From a virus, in the IMG/VR virus record IMGVR_UViG_3300007734_000759, positions 23,154 to 87,153 of that record: DNA of 64,000 nucleotides; one strand, 5' to 3'. The notes below the pieces were generated by a model. The model did not search any database. It was not told the origin of the DNA and saw nothing but the letters and a program-made list of their open reading frames with translations. The translations under genes were made by a program, and so were the position numbers. Positions 1 to 10,563 of the stretch are shown here, piece by piece. Each line of letters begins with the position of its first letter. Positions within the stretch are counted from its first letter, which is position 1.

Positions 1-3000
1 AGCAGTACGTATTATTACGATTTCTTTTTAAACTTTGGATCTAATAATCTTATAATTGCAAACAACGTTTTATTAGATAATACAGACATCACAAATCCTA
101 CAATTTTAATAAAACTATACGAACCGTTACCAGCAGAGTACGATGTTTATTCTGAATTGTGGATTGTTGAGAATTTAAGGGAGCCAGTAGCGTACAGTGT
201 AGAAATACTAACAACATTCGATGATCAAGCCCAGGGAATTCAATTAAAAGGTCCTAATTTTAATTTAAACATATCAAATGAGGTAAGTACAACTTCAACA
301 CCAACAAGTTTACAAGAGCTACTAACAACTGATCTAGCACTAGGTACAGCAAGTTTACAATACAACTTAAACAGTCTACTAGCTGAAAAAGGAATTGAAA
401 TCAACATCGACTACTCACAGTACGATAACTTTATACACTTCTCATCAGCTCAGACAAGACTTGAGAACTTCTACTACAAGCTAAGCTTATTAGAGCAATA
501 CCAAGCCTCTGCAAGCATCGTAACAAGTAACAACATATACACGTCAGGATCAAATGTATTATTACAAAATAAAATTAATGAAATAATAACAAACTTTGAC
601 GGGTATGAATACTACCTATATTACACCTCAGCAAGCACAGCGTGGCCAAAAACAAATACAGAACCTCCATTTATAAATACAACAACAACATCTACATTAG
701 GAACTGACTGGTTAGCAAACCAATTAATATCAGCTTCTAATTTTGACGAAACTAATAAAGATAATTTAGTATACTCAATTCCTCCCTACCTTAGGGACGA
801 TCCAATGAATTCTCAATTTGAGTTATTTGTTCAGATGGTCGGACAACACTTTGACATACTCTGGACGTATATAGGAGGTATAACTGAGAAATACAACGCA
901 GATAATAGATTGGATTATGGTATTTCTAAAGATCTCGTAGCCGATGCTTTACGCGATCTAGGAATCACAATATACCAAAATAACTTCAGCACTCAGAATA
1001 TTTACTCATCGCTGTTAGGAATAACATCAACAAACAGTTTATTAAATATTCCAAACACTACAAATACACTACCAGCTGCAACAGGGCTTGAATACATAAA
1101 CACATACGTTACAGCATCTTCAACAAGTTCTCTAGTACCCTTAGATGATGCTAATAAGGAAATTTATAAAAGAATTTACCACAATCTTCCATACCTACTA
1201 AAGAAAAGAGGAACTACAGCTGGGTTAAGAGCGTTGATTAATTTATACGGCATACCAGACACAGTACTAAGAATTAATGAATTTGGCGGACAAGATAGGA
1301 AAAACGCTGACGATTGGGATAACTGGCAAGATACATTTAACTACAGCTTCTATGTCACAGATGTAGATCAATCTATATATACACCAGCCGTGCTCTACCC
1401 TTCAGGTATTCCAAATACGATAATGGTACGGGTAAAGAGTCCTAAATTAAGTGAAGTGGTGTCTCCGGAAGTGATTCCAACACCTTTTACCAACAATATA
1501 ATGTTGATGTGCTCTAATACTCCCGTAGGATATGAACCAATAGAGTTCTATTCTGCACTAGTTGTAGAGTACACAGGCTCAGGACTTACATCAGGATCTT
1601 ATTCAGGTTCTATATACGATCCATATTACCAATACGCAACAGTAAAATGGATACCAAATATAAGCTACCCCCAGTACTCTGCCAGTGCGTACATACCATT
1701 TTACAACGAAGATTGGTGGTCAATAATGGTTACAGTCAACCCTGATATAGACAATAACGTATACACCAGTTCTCTGTACGTAAAACAAAAAGGAAACTCA
1801 CAAGGAGCTTCATATATACGATATGAGCAATCTCAACAAATATTACAACCTAACGTTGCTCTTGCACCTTGGGAGACGATAATAACACCTTATCCATATA
1901 GCTTCCTTATAGGAGATACTGAAATCAATAGTGTAGGAGCTACTGTAAGGAATGTACAAGAACTAAGGTACTATAGTACAGTAGTATCGGAGAGCATATT
2001 TGACGACTATGTAATGAATCCTTACTCAATTGAAAGTAATCAGATATCAGGATCACAATCGTCCTATAACAGCTTACGATTTAGAGCACCACTTGGATCA
2101 GATTTAGATACAACCTCACCAGCAACAAAAACCTCTATTCACCCAAGTATTACAGGGTCTAAAACTTCTACCCCAACAGCATCATTCTCAGATGGAAGCA
2201 GCACATATGCCAGCTATAAATTTAATTATCAAAAAAATCAGGAATACATATATCAAAAGCAACCAAACGCAGGTATTAAAATAGCAGTATCAGACAAGAT
2301 CAAGCTAAGTAGTACAACTCTACCGATAGGAAATACACTCTCTCCATACATATCAATTCAACAAAATCTAGCAGCAAGTCAAAGCTATACTCGAGATGTG
2401 AATTACACCGAGGCAGGATTTTCACCTCAAGATGAAATAAATGATGACATCATCGATCAATTAGGATACTTTAATTTTGGAGATTATATAGGGGATCCCC
2501 GATTAGAATCATCATCTTACACATCATATCCAGACCTCGACTCCCTTAGAGACTCCTACTTCGTAAAATATACTAAAAACTACAACGTCCAAGACTACAT
2601 AAGGTTAATTAAATACCTTGACAACTCTCTATTCAAAATGATTAAAGATTTCGTTCCTGCGAGAACAGGTCTAGCTTCAGGAGTTATTATTAAACAACAT
2701 CTACTAGAGAGAAACAGAACTCGCCCTGCCCAAGTTAGTTGGACAAGACCTGAATATACGGCATCTGTTACTACCCGAGCTGTGGGATATGCCACAGGAT
2801 CTAAAATTTATACATTCACAGGATCTACAGGAGGAACATTACCATACCTAACAGCCTTTACAAGTTCATTCTCTGGATCAACTTATCAGCCTGCATATCT
2901 TAACATATCCCAAAGTTGGAGTGAACAAATTAAAACAATTTCAGGATCTGTAACAAAAATACACAATACATTAGATGAGTTTTATAACGGAGAATTCCAA

Positions 3001-3234
3001 GGAACAGCCGTTACAGTAACTAATGGATCGCTAATAGATCCAAATTGTGAAATATTTTTAGACGTAAATGTTGCAGAAACGGATTATATTCCCGTTCTAT
3101 ATGATTATAGGGTCACCAGTCAGAGTATCTTCTTGAGTAACGTTGTACCACTTTTAGGTGAAATTAGTATTTATTATACGGACGAGGAGATAGCAATAGG
3201 ATCTCCAGGCAGACCAGGAACAATTACAGATTAA
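1..3234 (+). CDS. Large virion structural protein (baseplate/tail-associated), 5'-truncated
   Basis: Frame +1 is open from base 1, so the true start lies upstream of the window. S/T/Y/N-rich with many SGS/TGS motifs; begins a run of structural-looking genes. Confidence 0.55.
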   Translation, partial: SSTYYYDFFLNFGSNNLIIANNVLLDNTDITNPTILIKLYEPLPAEYDVYSELWIVENLREPVAYSVEILTTFDDQAQGIQLKGPNFNLNISNEVSTTSTPTSLQELLTTDLALGTASLQYNLNSLLAEKGIEINIDYSQYDNFIHFSSAQTRLENFYYKLSLLEQYQASASIVTSNNIYTSGSNVLLQNKINEIITNFDGYEYYLYYTSASTAWPKTNTEPPFINTTTTSTLGTDWLANQLISASNFDETNKDNLVYSIPPYLRDDPMNSQFELFVQMVGQHFDILWTYIGGITEKYNADNRLDYGISKDLVADALRDLGITIYQNNFSTQNIYSSLLGITSTNSLLNIPNTTNTLPAATGLEYINTYVTASSTSSLVPLDDANKEIYKRIYHNLPYLLKKRGTTAGLRALINLYGIPDTVLRINEFGGQDRKNADDWDNWQDTFNYSFYVTDVDQSIYTPAVLYPSGIPNTIMVRVKSPKLSEVVSPEVIPTPFTNNIMLMCSNTPVGYEPIEFYSALVVEYTGSGLTSGSYSGSIYDPYYQYATVKWIPNISYPQYSASAYIPFYNEDWWSIMVTVNPDIDNNVYTSSLYVKQKGNSQGASYIRYEQSQQILQPNVALAPWETIITPYPYSFLIGDTEINSVGATVRNVQELRYYSTVVSESIFDDYVMNPYSIESNQISGSQSSYNSLRFRAPLGSDLDTTSPATKTSIHPSITGSKTSTPTASFSDGSSTYASYKFNYQKNQEYIYQKQPNAGIKIAVSDKIKLSSTTLPIGNTLSPYISIQQNLAASQSYTRDVNYTEAGFSPQDEINDDIIDQLGYFNFGDYIGDPRLESSSYTSYPDLDSLRDSYFVKYTKNYNVQDYIRLIKYLDNSLFKMIKDFVPARTGLASGVIIKQHLLERNRTRPAQVSWTRPEYTASVTTRAVGYATGSKIYTFTGSTGGTLPYLTAFTSSFSGSTYQPAYLNISQSWSEQIKTISGSVTKIHNTLDEFYNGEFQGTAVTVTNGSLIDPNCEIFLDVNVAETDYIPVLYDYRVTSQSIFLSNVVPLLGEISIYYTDEEIAIGSPGRPGTITD

Positions 3235-3239
3235 TAATA

Positions 3240-5486
3240 ATGGCTTACAGACGAGGTGTAAAATTTCTTAAGATAAACAAGACCGATGCTTTAGGTAACG
3301 ATAAAACCGCTACCCTAAGCCAGTTAAAGAACATACGTATTAGATATTCTGATATAGGAGTAGTTCAATACGATGTTTTTAACAAAACTGAGTATCCAAC
3401 TTATTTTCTATTTCAAGTAGATTATAAAGATACGGTAAGCTCCATCGATAGAGGTATTTACGATTATAGATTGATAGCATCTTCAAGCACACTCAACGGA
3501 TTAGCCACATCAGTATTAGACGACATAGTACAGATTACAAACTACGACAGTACTCCAATTGCCAATTCACGATTTTTAGATAACGAAGGAACTTATACAA
3601 TAACAGACTCAGAACACTTCCCTAACGTAACTATTATATATACAGCATCCGTTAGTTATGGTGATTCGGGTGCAGGATATCCACTCAATCCAACTCTTCG
3701 ATTCTCAACAGGCGATTCATCTCCAGGATTAGTAATAACAAGTTCTTCACCAGGCGAAGTAAACAGTGACGGAACTATAACATTTTCAGGAACTTTTACA
3801 GACCCATTTCCTTCAAATAAAAACTACTTTTTGGAGGTATTTGCTACTTCTAGCAACAGTGCAAAACCTGTTTCATTTACAAATGCACGACTATTCGTAA
3901 CACAGTCTATAGGACCGACAGGAAACAGTCCTTTGCTAATTGTACCATCTCCCGACACTGCTTTAAAATTTGAAGGAACTGATTGTGATGTTACGTACGG
4001 ACTTATTGATAGGTATCCTACAAGTCAATATTTTATGGATATTGATTATTCAACAGGATTAACAATTCCAACAAATCAAATAGCATTGGTATCTGGAACA
4101 GCAACTCCAGCATCAGTTAAGGATTATTACTACTACCTACAAGCACAAGCAAGACCAAGATACCAAGGAAGTAGGTTAATAGGTCAGCAACTAAATACCT
4201 ACACAGCAGGAGATATTAGTTACGGTAAAGAACCCGTTATCAATTTAGGTCAAGCCTACTTCAGCTATTTTAATTACATTTACGGAGTATCTCCAGAAGT
4301 TAATGGAGTAATAGCAGCGGATATCAAATATGTGATAGATCAAGCAGGAGATATATACGCACCAGGATTAGATTCAGAGGCTGTGAGAACGTTAAGACAA
4401 AACTATCCAGAAGGATCCATAGCATCTGTAAAACTGATAGGTGAAACAAGCCAGGCAATGTCTACATACTTAAATAAAGAATTTACAGTATATAGAGCTG
4501 GTGCTAAAGTTAAACCTATTCTTTATTCACAAACAGGAAGTCTAGGATATACGTCAAGTATTGTCTTTAATCCAACTGCAGGAGCTCCTAAATCGTATAA
4601 AATGACAGCAGGGCAAGCAGATGGAGCTGTATATACAATTGCTGCAAACTCCCAACAATTTCCGTACGTATTCAGTCAAGAAACAGTAGATGAGGCAAGC
4701 TACTACGATAACTCAACAGGAGTATACACCTTTACACTAGCTCCCCTAGTTCAGGTGCAATTTCAAGCAGGTGTATCAGTAACAAATACATCAACAACAA
4801 ATAGTACTGTGCAACTACTAATCGTAAAGAATAATACTATACCGTTAGCCAACGTTTTAAAAACTCTTTTACCAGAAGAAAAGGATGCATCTGTTACAGC
4901 TACTGGAGGCTATGCTAGCTTTGCAGCTGGGGATACCGTAAGTGTTAAACTGATTAATTTATCAACCACTAATACGATAACCTCTAAAGACGGATTATTT
5001 CAAACTTTTCAAAACGGCTTAGCAGGATCAGCTGCAACATCAGCTCCATTTTTCTTATCAGGAAGTTCACCAACTTCTAGTATATTAACATGCTCATTAG
5101 ACTTATTTAAAAAGCTAGGATATCCACAAGCAGATATAACATCTAGTGGATTTAATCCAATAGTTGATAATTTTACATTTAAGGTAGGTGACCAATTAAG
5201 ATTTCAAAATGACGAGACTAGAGCTCACACCATAACAGCGATAGGTAATCCATCTACTCTATACGGCCCAACTCTTACGATTACACCTCCATTGGTATCG
5301 GGATCGAATATCGATTTCTTCTTATTACGAAGATTTGAGGACAGTACTAATACAGTTCTGTTGCTAGGGGGTAAGCCTGGTGGAGGTACTAGTGGAGGTA
5401 CTTTAACACCAAAATACGTTAGTGATGCGTTACAAAAAGGTACTTCTACCATATTAGCAAATTTATCATCAAAGAATTTAATTTAA
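3240..5486 (+). CDS. Virion structural protein (tail/baseplate-associated, beta-rich)
   Basis: 748 aa, T/S/G-rich, predicted beta-strand pattern, structural cluster context. Confidence 0.5.
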   Translation: MAYRRGVKFLKINKTDALGNDKTATLSQLKNIRIRYSDIGVVQYDVFNKTEYPTYFLFQVDYKDTVSSIDRGIYDYRLIASSSTLNGLATSVLDDIVQITNYDSTPIANSRFLDNEGTYTITDSEHFPNVTIIYTASVSYGDSGAGYPLNPTLRFSTGDSSPGLVITSSSPGEVNSDGTITFSGTFTDPFPSNKNYFLEVFATSSNSAKPVSFTNARLFVTQSIGPTGNSPLLIVPSPDTALKFEGTDCDVTYGLIDRYPTSQYFMDIDYSTGLTIPTNQIALVSGTATPASVKDYYYYLQAQARPRYQGSRLIGQQLNTYTAGDISYGKEPVINLGQAYFSYFNYIYGVSPEVNGVIAADIKYVIDQAGDIYAPGLDSEAVRTLRQNYPEGSIASVKLIGETSQAMSTYLNKEFTVYRAGAKVKPILYSQTGSLGYTSSIVFNPTAGAPKSYKMTAGQADGAVYTIAANSQQFPYVFSQETVDEASYYDNSTGVYTFTLAPLVQVQFQAGVSVTNTSTTNSTVQLLIVKNNTIPLANVLKTLLPEEKDASVTATGGYASFAAGDTVSVKLINLSTTNTITSKDGLFQTFQNGLAGSAATSAPFFLSGSSPTSSILTCSLDLFKKLGYPQADITSSGFNPIVDNFTFKVGDQLRFQNDETRAHTITAIGNPSTLYGPTLTITPPLVSGSNIDFFLLRRFEDSTNTVLLLGGKPGGGTSGGTLTPKYVSDALQKGTSTILANLSSKNLI

Positions 5487-5487
5487 C

Positions 5488-5496
5488 ATATTTATA
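5488..5496 (+). promoter_or_regulatory. ATATTTATA putative late-promoter motif
   Basis: Recurrent intergenic motif, 16 nt upstream of the ATG at 5513. Confidence 0.6.
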
Positions 5497-5512
5497 ATAA
5501 AAAAACAAATAC

Positions 5513-6169
5513 ATGGGATACTTAAATAACCAAGTAATAACAATTGATGCTATTCTAACTACCAAGGGCAGAGAACTGCTAGCAAGAAATGACGGTTCTT
5601 TTAGAATTACGCAATTCGCATTAGCTGATGATGAAATTGATTACACGTTGTATAACCCAACCCACCCATCAGGCTCAGCATATTACGGGGAGGCAATTGA
5701 CAACTTACCTTTATTAGAAGCGTTTCCTGAAGATAGCCAGATTATGAAATACAAATTGGTTACCTTACCTAGAGGAACAGCTAAACTACCTATACTAGAT
5801 TTAGGATATACAGCAATCACAATTAAACAAGGAGCATCTTTGTCCATCACTCCTCAAACACTAAACTACTCAGGAGGTAACAACTTTGAAAGTTCAGGCT
5901 ACTCCTTTACAATTTCCGATGTTAGACTAGCTAATACATTTACTGCAACAGGTATTCAAACAGCTCAAGCAACAGCTGCAAATACAACAACTACAATTGG
6001 AACTAACGTGTCTAAAACAGTAGTAGGAACATCTCTGAGCTTTACAGCAACAACTGTGAACACTCTTTTTGGAACTACAAATACAGCACTATATGCAACA
6101 TTAACAGTAGTAGGTAGAGATAGTGGAGCTAGATTAACAATTCCTGTAACAGTAAATAAAATATCATAA
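5513..6169 (+). CDS. Virion structural protein (tail/baseplate)
   Basis: 218 aa, N-terminal DAILTTKGRELLA...ITQFALADDEIDY segment, T-rich C-terminus. Confidence 0.5.
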   Translation: MGYLNNQVITIDAILTTKGRELLARNDGSFRITQFALADDEIDYTLYNPTHPSGSAYYGEAIDNLPLLEAFPEDSQIMKYKLVTLPRGTAKLPILDLGYTAITIKQGASLSITPQTLNYSGGNNFESSGYSFTISDVRLANTFTATGIQTAQATAANTTTTIGTNVSKTVVGTSLSFTATTVNTLFGTTNTALYATLTVVGRDSGARLTIPVTVNKIS

Positions 6170-6171
6170 AT

Positions 6172-7191
6172 ATGTCATTCAAGAGATTAGAAACAGATGA
6201 CTTCGTAATATCAGCAGATTCAATTACAGCTGCTATATGGACCAATAATAGCCCAACCTTAACGCAATTTTTTACATCATCAGTGCAAGCTGCAGGAGCA
6301 GCAGGACTGTTTTATCGTTCAGTGTACCAAACCGGATCAACTTTGACAGGCGCTGAAGTTCAGTTTGATCTAGTATACGGAAACAAAGCAGGATCAGGAA
6401 GTGCTCTTTACAACTCAGCAATTAATGGAAAATCTCCTACAACTACAATCTATGGACAATATAGAACACTAGTAAACGGAGATGAGAATACAGATTTCAG
6501 TTTTGGAGGAGTAACAGCAACTGAATTCTACGGAATATCAGTATCTAGAAACAGATACAAAGAATCCCTTTTTCCAGGATCTTTAACCCTAACTTTAAAA
6601 TCAGGATCAAACACTTTAACTCTAACAGATGATTCGCAAGTAGTTTCTTCTATATCCTTTAAAGATGCAGGTAGAGTATTCCAACTTGTCTCAGGATCTG
6701 CAGGGGTTAGAAACACAGGAAGACAGGCAAACGGCTATACAGTAGCTTCTGGATCTTATGGCTGGTTTCTACCAGACATCGGTACTATCTTATTAAATCC
6801 ACTAGCCCTTACAGCTTCAGTAGCAGATGGAGGAATGGCATTACCTACTAATAGATCAAGCAACTCAGACGGAGCAAATCTTAACACGATCTTTAACGCA
6901 ATCTCAGGAGGAGCTTCTTTCACATTAAATTCACAAGAAACAATCACATCAGATTACATTTTTATAAGACCGAGATCATCTGAATTTAACTACTCCGAAA
7001 ACCCCAGCTACATATCAGGATCTACAGGAGAGGTTATATATCCTGATTTTATCAATAATCCTCAAACTTATATAACAACTGTAGGATTATATAACGATAC
7101 AAATGATCTACTAGCAGTAGCTAAGCTATCTAGACCTTTGAAAAAAGACTTTACGAAAGAAGCTCTTGTTCGAGTTAAATTAGATTTCTAA
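6172..7191 (+). CDS. Virion structural protein
   Basis: C-terminus YITTVGLYNDTNDLLAVAKLSRPL is paralogous to that of the next gene. Confidence 0.5.
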   Translation: MSFKRLETDDFVISADSITAAIWTNNSPTLTQFFTSSVQAAGAAGLFYRSVYQTGSTLTGAEVQFDLVYGNKAGSGSALYNSAINGKSPTTTIYGQYRTLVNGDENTDFSFGGVTATEFYGISVSRNRYKESLFPGSLTLTLKSGSNTLTLTDDSQVVSSISFKDAGRVFQLVSGSAGVRNTGRQANGYTVASGSYGWFLPDIGTILLNPLALTASVADGGMALPTNRSSNSDGANLNTIFNAISGGASFTLNSQETITSDYIFIRPRSSEFNYSENPSYISGSTGEVIYPDFINNPQTYITTVGLYNDTNDLLAVAKLSRPLKKDFTKEALVRVKLDF

Positions 7192-7194
7192 TGA

Positions 7195-8181
7195 ATGAGT
7201 GCGTTCAAAACATTACTAGCATCTGATTTAATTGTAACCCCTTTTACAGTTAATAAATCACTTTCCTTCACAGGAACAGAGTTTACAAGTTCCGCTGTAG
7301 GAATCGATAAGTATATAGGTAGGTATACAACAGGTACAGAGACGACAGGATTTTTCACAGGAAGTTACCCAGTCTATCAGAAAGCCGTTTATGATTCCGT
7401 AAAGCAACTATATTACTCAAACTATTCAGGATCTAGGTACAATGCCTCAGGATCTTTCGAAAATTACCTCTCATCGACGGTAAACTGGAGTATAGGAGAT
7501 GCTTTCGATACATTTCCAAACACAGGGATCGATAGATACTTTCCATACACACAATCCTACAATGATAGTGTGATAGGGGTCATAACAATTCCTAGAAAAT
7601 TGTACGGAAGTTATATAACACCAAGCTCTTTTGTACTAGACTACAAGGCAATTGTTGTAGGAACGGGATTAGTAAGTGGATCACTTTACGATGATGGGGA
7701 AGGTAATATACTAGCACATCCTCAAGATGTTCATGTAGGAAATATTATATATCAACATGGTATAGTCACTATTACAAATAACATAACAGTAGGAGCACTT
7801 ACTGTTGCCGAATATGGTAAAGGTAGATATGGAACAATTGATCTTTATGGAAGTTCTGCAGGGAACGGGGTATTATTAGTACCAACTATTATCAACAATA
7901 CAAACCTAACCTGCTCTTACCAAGCAAGCACCCAGTTATATGAAACACAAATTAAATGCACGATATCACCTAGCGAATTTAATACTACATTAAATCCAAC
8001 GATATACGAAGGAACAGGATCTATATATGGATTTGCAACAAGTTCTTATTTTGCACCTTACGTAACCACTGTAGGATTATATAACGAAAACCAAGAACTA
8101 CTTGCTGTAGCGAAGCTGGCACAACCTTTACAATCATCAACAACAACCGATACAACAATTCTAGTAAACATAGATCGATGA
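7195..8181 (+). CDS. Virion structural protein, paralog of 6172..7191
   Basis: C-terminus YVTTVGLYNENQELLAVAKLAQPL matches the upstream gene. Confidence 0.5.
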   Translation: MSAFKTLLASDLIVTPFTVNKSLSFTGTEFTSSAVGIDKYIGRYTTGTETTGFFTGSYPVYQKAVYDSVKQLYYSNYSGSRYNASGSFENYLSSTVNWSIGDAFDTFPNTGIDRYFPYTQSYNDSVIGVITIPRKLYGSYITPSSFVLDYKAIVVGTGLVSGSLYDDGEGNILAHPQDVHVGNIIYQHGIVTITNNITVGALTVAEYGKGRYGTIDLYGSSAGNGVLLVPTIINNTNLTCSYQASTQLYETQIKCTISPSEFNTTLNPTIYEGTGSIYGFATSSYFAPYVTTVGLYNENQELLAVAKLAQPLQSSTTTDTTILVNIDR

Positions 8182-8339
8182 ACCTTAGAGAAATAGTACA
8201 GCAGATAGTAGCTGAAAAGATTGCTAAAAAAAGCAACTGCTGCTACAAATGTGGACATATGCATAAAATGGGAACAGCCTGTCCAAAACCAACATACTCC
8301 AAATCAGATCCCAAACATTGCAAAAATAGAAAAAAATAA
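8178..8339 (+). CDS. Small basic Cys/His-rich protein (53 aa; absent from ORF track)
   Basis: MNLREIVQQIVAEKIAKKSNCCYKCGHMHKMGTACPKPTYSKSDPKHCKNRKK; ATGA overlap with the upstream stop; fills the gap exactly. Confidence 0.7.
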   Translation: MNLREIVQQIVAEKIAKKSNCCYKCGHMHKMGTACPKPTYSKSDPKHCKNRKK

Positions 8340-8341
8340 CT

Positions 8342-8800
8342 ATGTGGTTATATAAAGATAAAGAGGTTGCATCAATTGAGGATATGCCTCAAGGTACTAT
8401 AGGTTTTATTTACAAGGTTACTCATAAAACGACAAACAAATCGTATATTGGTAAAAAGGTTTTACAACATACTCTAAAAAAGAAACTTACAAAAAAAGAG
8501 CTTGCTGAATTAACAGGACCAGGCAAGAAACCAACTTTCAAAAGAGTGAGTAAGGAATCCGATTGGAAAACATATTATGGATCTTCTAAACCTCTATTAG
8601 CAGTACTAAAAGAAGAAGGATCTGAAAACTTTACAAGAGAGATTATTAAGTACGTTCATACAAAGAAACAACTAACCTATTTTGAAACCAAGTACCTTTT
8701 CTCATACGGAGTACTAGAATACCCAGATCAATACTTCAATGATAACGTACTAGGTAAGTTTTATACAAAAGATTTGACATCGTTGGAGATTGACGATTAA
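8342..8800 (+). CDS. GIY-YIG endonuclease (Seg/DenA-like, catalytic domain only)
   Basis: GFIYKVTHKTTNKSYIGKK motif, downstream YYGSS and conserved Glu/Asn (FETKY, YFNDN). Confidence 0.75.
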   Translation: MWLYKDKEVASIEDMPQGTIGFIYKVTHKTTNKSYIGKKVLQHTLKKKLTKKELAELTGPGKKPTFKRVSKESDWKTYYGSSKPLLAVLKEEGSENFTREIIKYVHTKKQLTYFETKYLFSYGVLEYPDQYFNDNVLGKFYTKDLTSLEIDD

Positions 8801-8813
8801 TTGTGTATATTAT
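8782..8813 (+). promoter_or_regulatory. Bacteroidota sigmaA-like promoter GTTG-N20-TATATTAT before primase
   Basis: Same 20-nt spacing as the sites at 59804 and 61577; resembles the TTTG/TAnnTTTG consensus. Confidence 0.5.
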
Positions 8814-8816
8814 AGC

Positions 8817-9752
8817 ATGGTTAATCAGGTTTTGATAGGTTTAGTAGATAAAGTACTGGGAACAGGAAAACCCACTGCTCGTAATAATCGAGCATACACT
8901 TGCCCTTTCTGTAATCACCACAAACCTAAGTTTGAAGTTAATTTCACACCAAACGAAAAGAATCAATATCCATACAATTGCTGGGTATGTGGAGTGAAAG
9001 GAAGATCGTTGGTAAACTTATTTAGAAAAGTAAATGCATCAATTGCTCAACTTGAGGAATTAGGTTTACTACTTAAAGTAAAAGTAACAAACGACCAATC
9101 TCAAACTCAAACTCTCAAAATACAATTACCAAAGGAATACAAAGCGTTATCATCGGTTTCTAAAGGAGATATTGTAGCAAGGCATGCAATAAGCTATTTA
9201 AAGAGGAGAGGCCTTAATAAGCATGATATTCACAAGTATAGTATAGGGTATTGCAGCAGTGGTCAATATGCAAATATGATCATTATTCCTTCCTACGACA
9301 ATACTGGAGAATTAAACTACTTCATTGCAAGAAACTTTGATCAAAACTCCCCAGTCAAGTATAAGAATCCACCAATATCAAAAGACATTATTGCATTTGA
9401 GTTATTTGTTAATTGGAATTTACCAATAGTAATTTGCGAAGGAGCATTTGATGCCATAGCAATAAAAAGGAATGTAATTCCACTATTCGGAAAGATTATA
9501 TCAACTACATTAATGAAGAAGCTTGTAACTTCACAGGTAGATAAAATATACATTGCATTAGATAAGGACGCACAAAAGCAAGCACTACAACATTGTCAAC
9601 AACTTCTAGATTTAGGAAAGGAAGTTTACTTGGTTGACATGGAAGACAAAGATCCAAGTGAGATGGGCTTTGAGAATTTTACTAAACTAATTCAAACCAC
9701 TTTGCCGGTAGACTACTACGATCTCATGCAGAGAAAACTCCAAATGATATGA
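8817..9752 (+). CDS. dnaG: DNA primase (Zn finger + TOPRIM)
   Basis: CPFC...CWVC zinc finger; VICEGAFDA and IALDKDA TOPRIM motifs; ATG 8817 preferred over TTG 8790. Confidence 0.85.
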   Translation: MVNQVLIGLVDKVLGTGKPTARNNRAYTCPFCNHHKPKFEVNFTPNEKNQYPYNCWVCGVKGRSLVNLFRKVNASIAQLEELGLLLKVKVTNDQSQTQTLKIQLPKEYKALSSVSKGDIVARHAISYLKRRGLNKHDIHKYSIGYCSSGQYANMIIIPSYDNTGELNYFIARNFDQNSPVKYKNPPISKDIIAFELFVNWNLPIVICEGAFDAIAIKRNVIPLFGKIISTTLMKKLVTSQVDKIYIALDKDAQKQALQHCQQLLDLGKEVYLVDMEDKDPSEMGFENFTKLIQTTLPVDYYDLMQRKLQMI

Positions 9753-10543
9753 GTATAACTAAAGGAATGAATGTTCTAACAGAGCATAAGAAGAAGAAAA
9801 TTAACTTCGATGCTCCGTTGAAGCAAATAAACTTCTTAGACAGGAGAGTTTACAAAAGAGCTGAAGGAGTGTATTATCCATCAGTAACTACCATTCTAAA
9901 CTACATGCCAAAGAATAATTTCTTTATGACATGGTTGAAGGATGTAGGGCATAATGCTGATCTAATCGCAAGGAGAGCAGCTGAGGAAGGTACACAAGTA
10001 CATAAAGCAATTGAAGAGTTAGTAGAAGGGAATGAAATATCTTGGATTGACGATTACGGTAATGCTAAGTATAATGAGAATGTATGGGGAATGATATTGA
10101 AGTTTGCTGAGTTTTGGAATAACCATAAACCTAAATTAATTTCCTCAGAAGAATTTGCGTATTCCGACGAACATCAATTTGCAGGTACAGCAGACTTGGT
10201 AGTTGAAATGGATGGAGAGACTTGGTTACTAGATATTAAGACATCCAACGCATTACATAAGACTTATGACATGCAACTTGCAGCTTATGCAAAAGCACTG
10301 AAGGAAACTAGAAACCTCGAGATACAACGCACAGGAGTAATTTGGTTAAAATCTTCTAAAAGACAGACATCAAATAAACCAGGAGTGTATCAAGGTAAAG
10401 GTTGGGAGATTAAAATAGTAGATGAAATCGAATACAATTTTGACTTATTCCAGACAGTTTACAAACTTTACAAACTAGAAAACCCAACAACAGAACCAAT
10501 TTACAGTTCATATCCTACCACGATTTCTTTATCTTTAGAATAG
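9749..10543 (+). CDS. PD-(D/E)xK phage exonuclease
   Basis: PSVTTIL, GTQVH, FAGTADL, LDIKTS and QLAAYA motifs. Confidence 0.8.
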   Translation: MSITKGMNVLTEHKKKKINFDAPLKQINFLDRRVYKRAEGVYYPSVTTILNYMPKNNFFMTWLKDVGHNADLIARRAAEEGTQVHKAIEELVEGNEISWIDDYGNAKYNENVWGMILKFAEFWNNHKPKLISSEEFAYSDEHQFAGTADLVVEMDGETWLLDIKTSNALHKTYDMQLAAYAKALKETRNLEIQRTGVIWLKSSKRQTSNKPGVYQGKGWEIKIVDEIEYNFDLFQTVYKLYKLENPTTEPIYSSYPTTISLSLE

Positions 10544-10551
10544 ATATTTAT
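10544..10551 (+). promoter_or_regulatory. ATATTTAT putative late-promoter motif
   Basis: GATATTTATTACTAAAA upstream of ATG 10564. Confidence 0.55.
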
Positions 10552-10563
10552 TACTAAAACAGA

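Noticed and set aside
8342-8800. Mobile homing endonuclease or intron
   Set aside because: Only a catalytic GIY-YIG domain with no DNA-binding tail, and it does not interrupt a gene; not called as a mobile element
9749-10543. Cas4 / CRISPR-associated nuclease
   Set aside because: Lacks the four-Cys Fe-S motif and any cas context; fits an ordinary phage exonuclease beside primase
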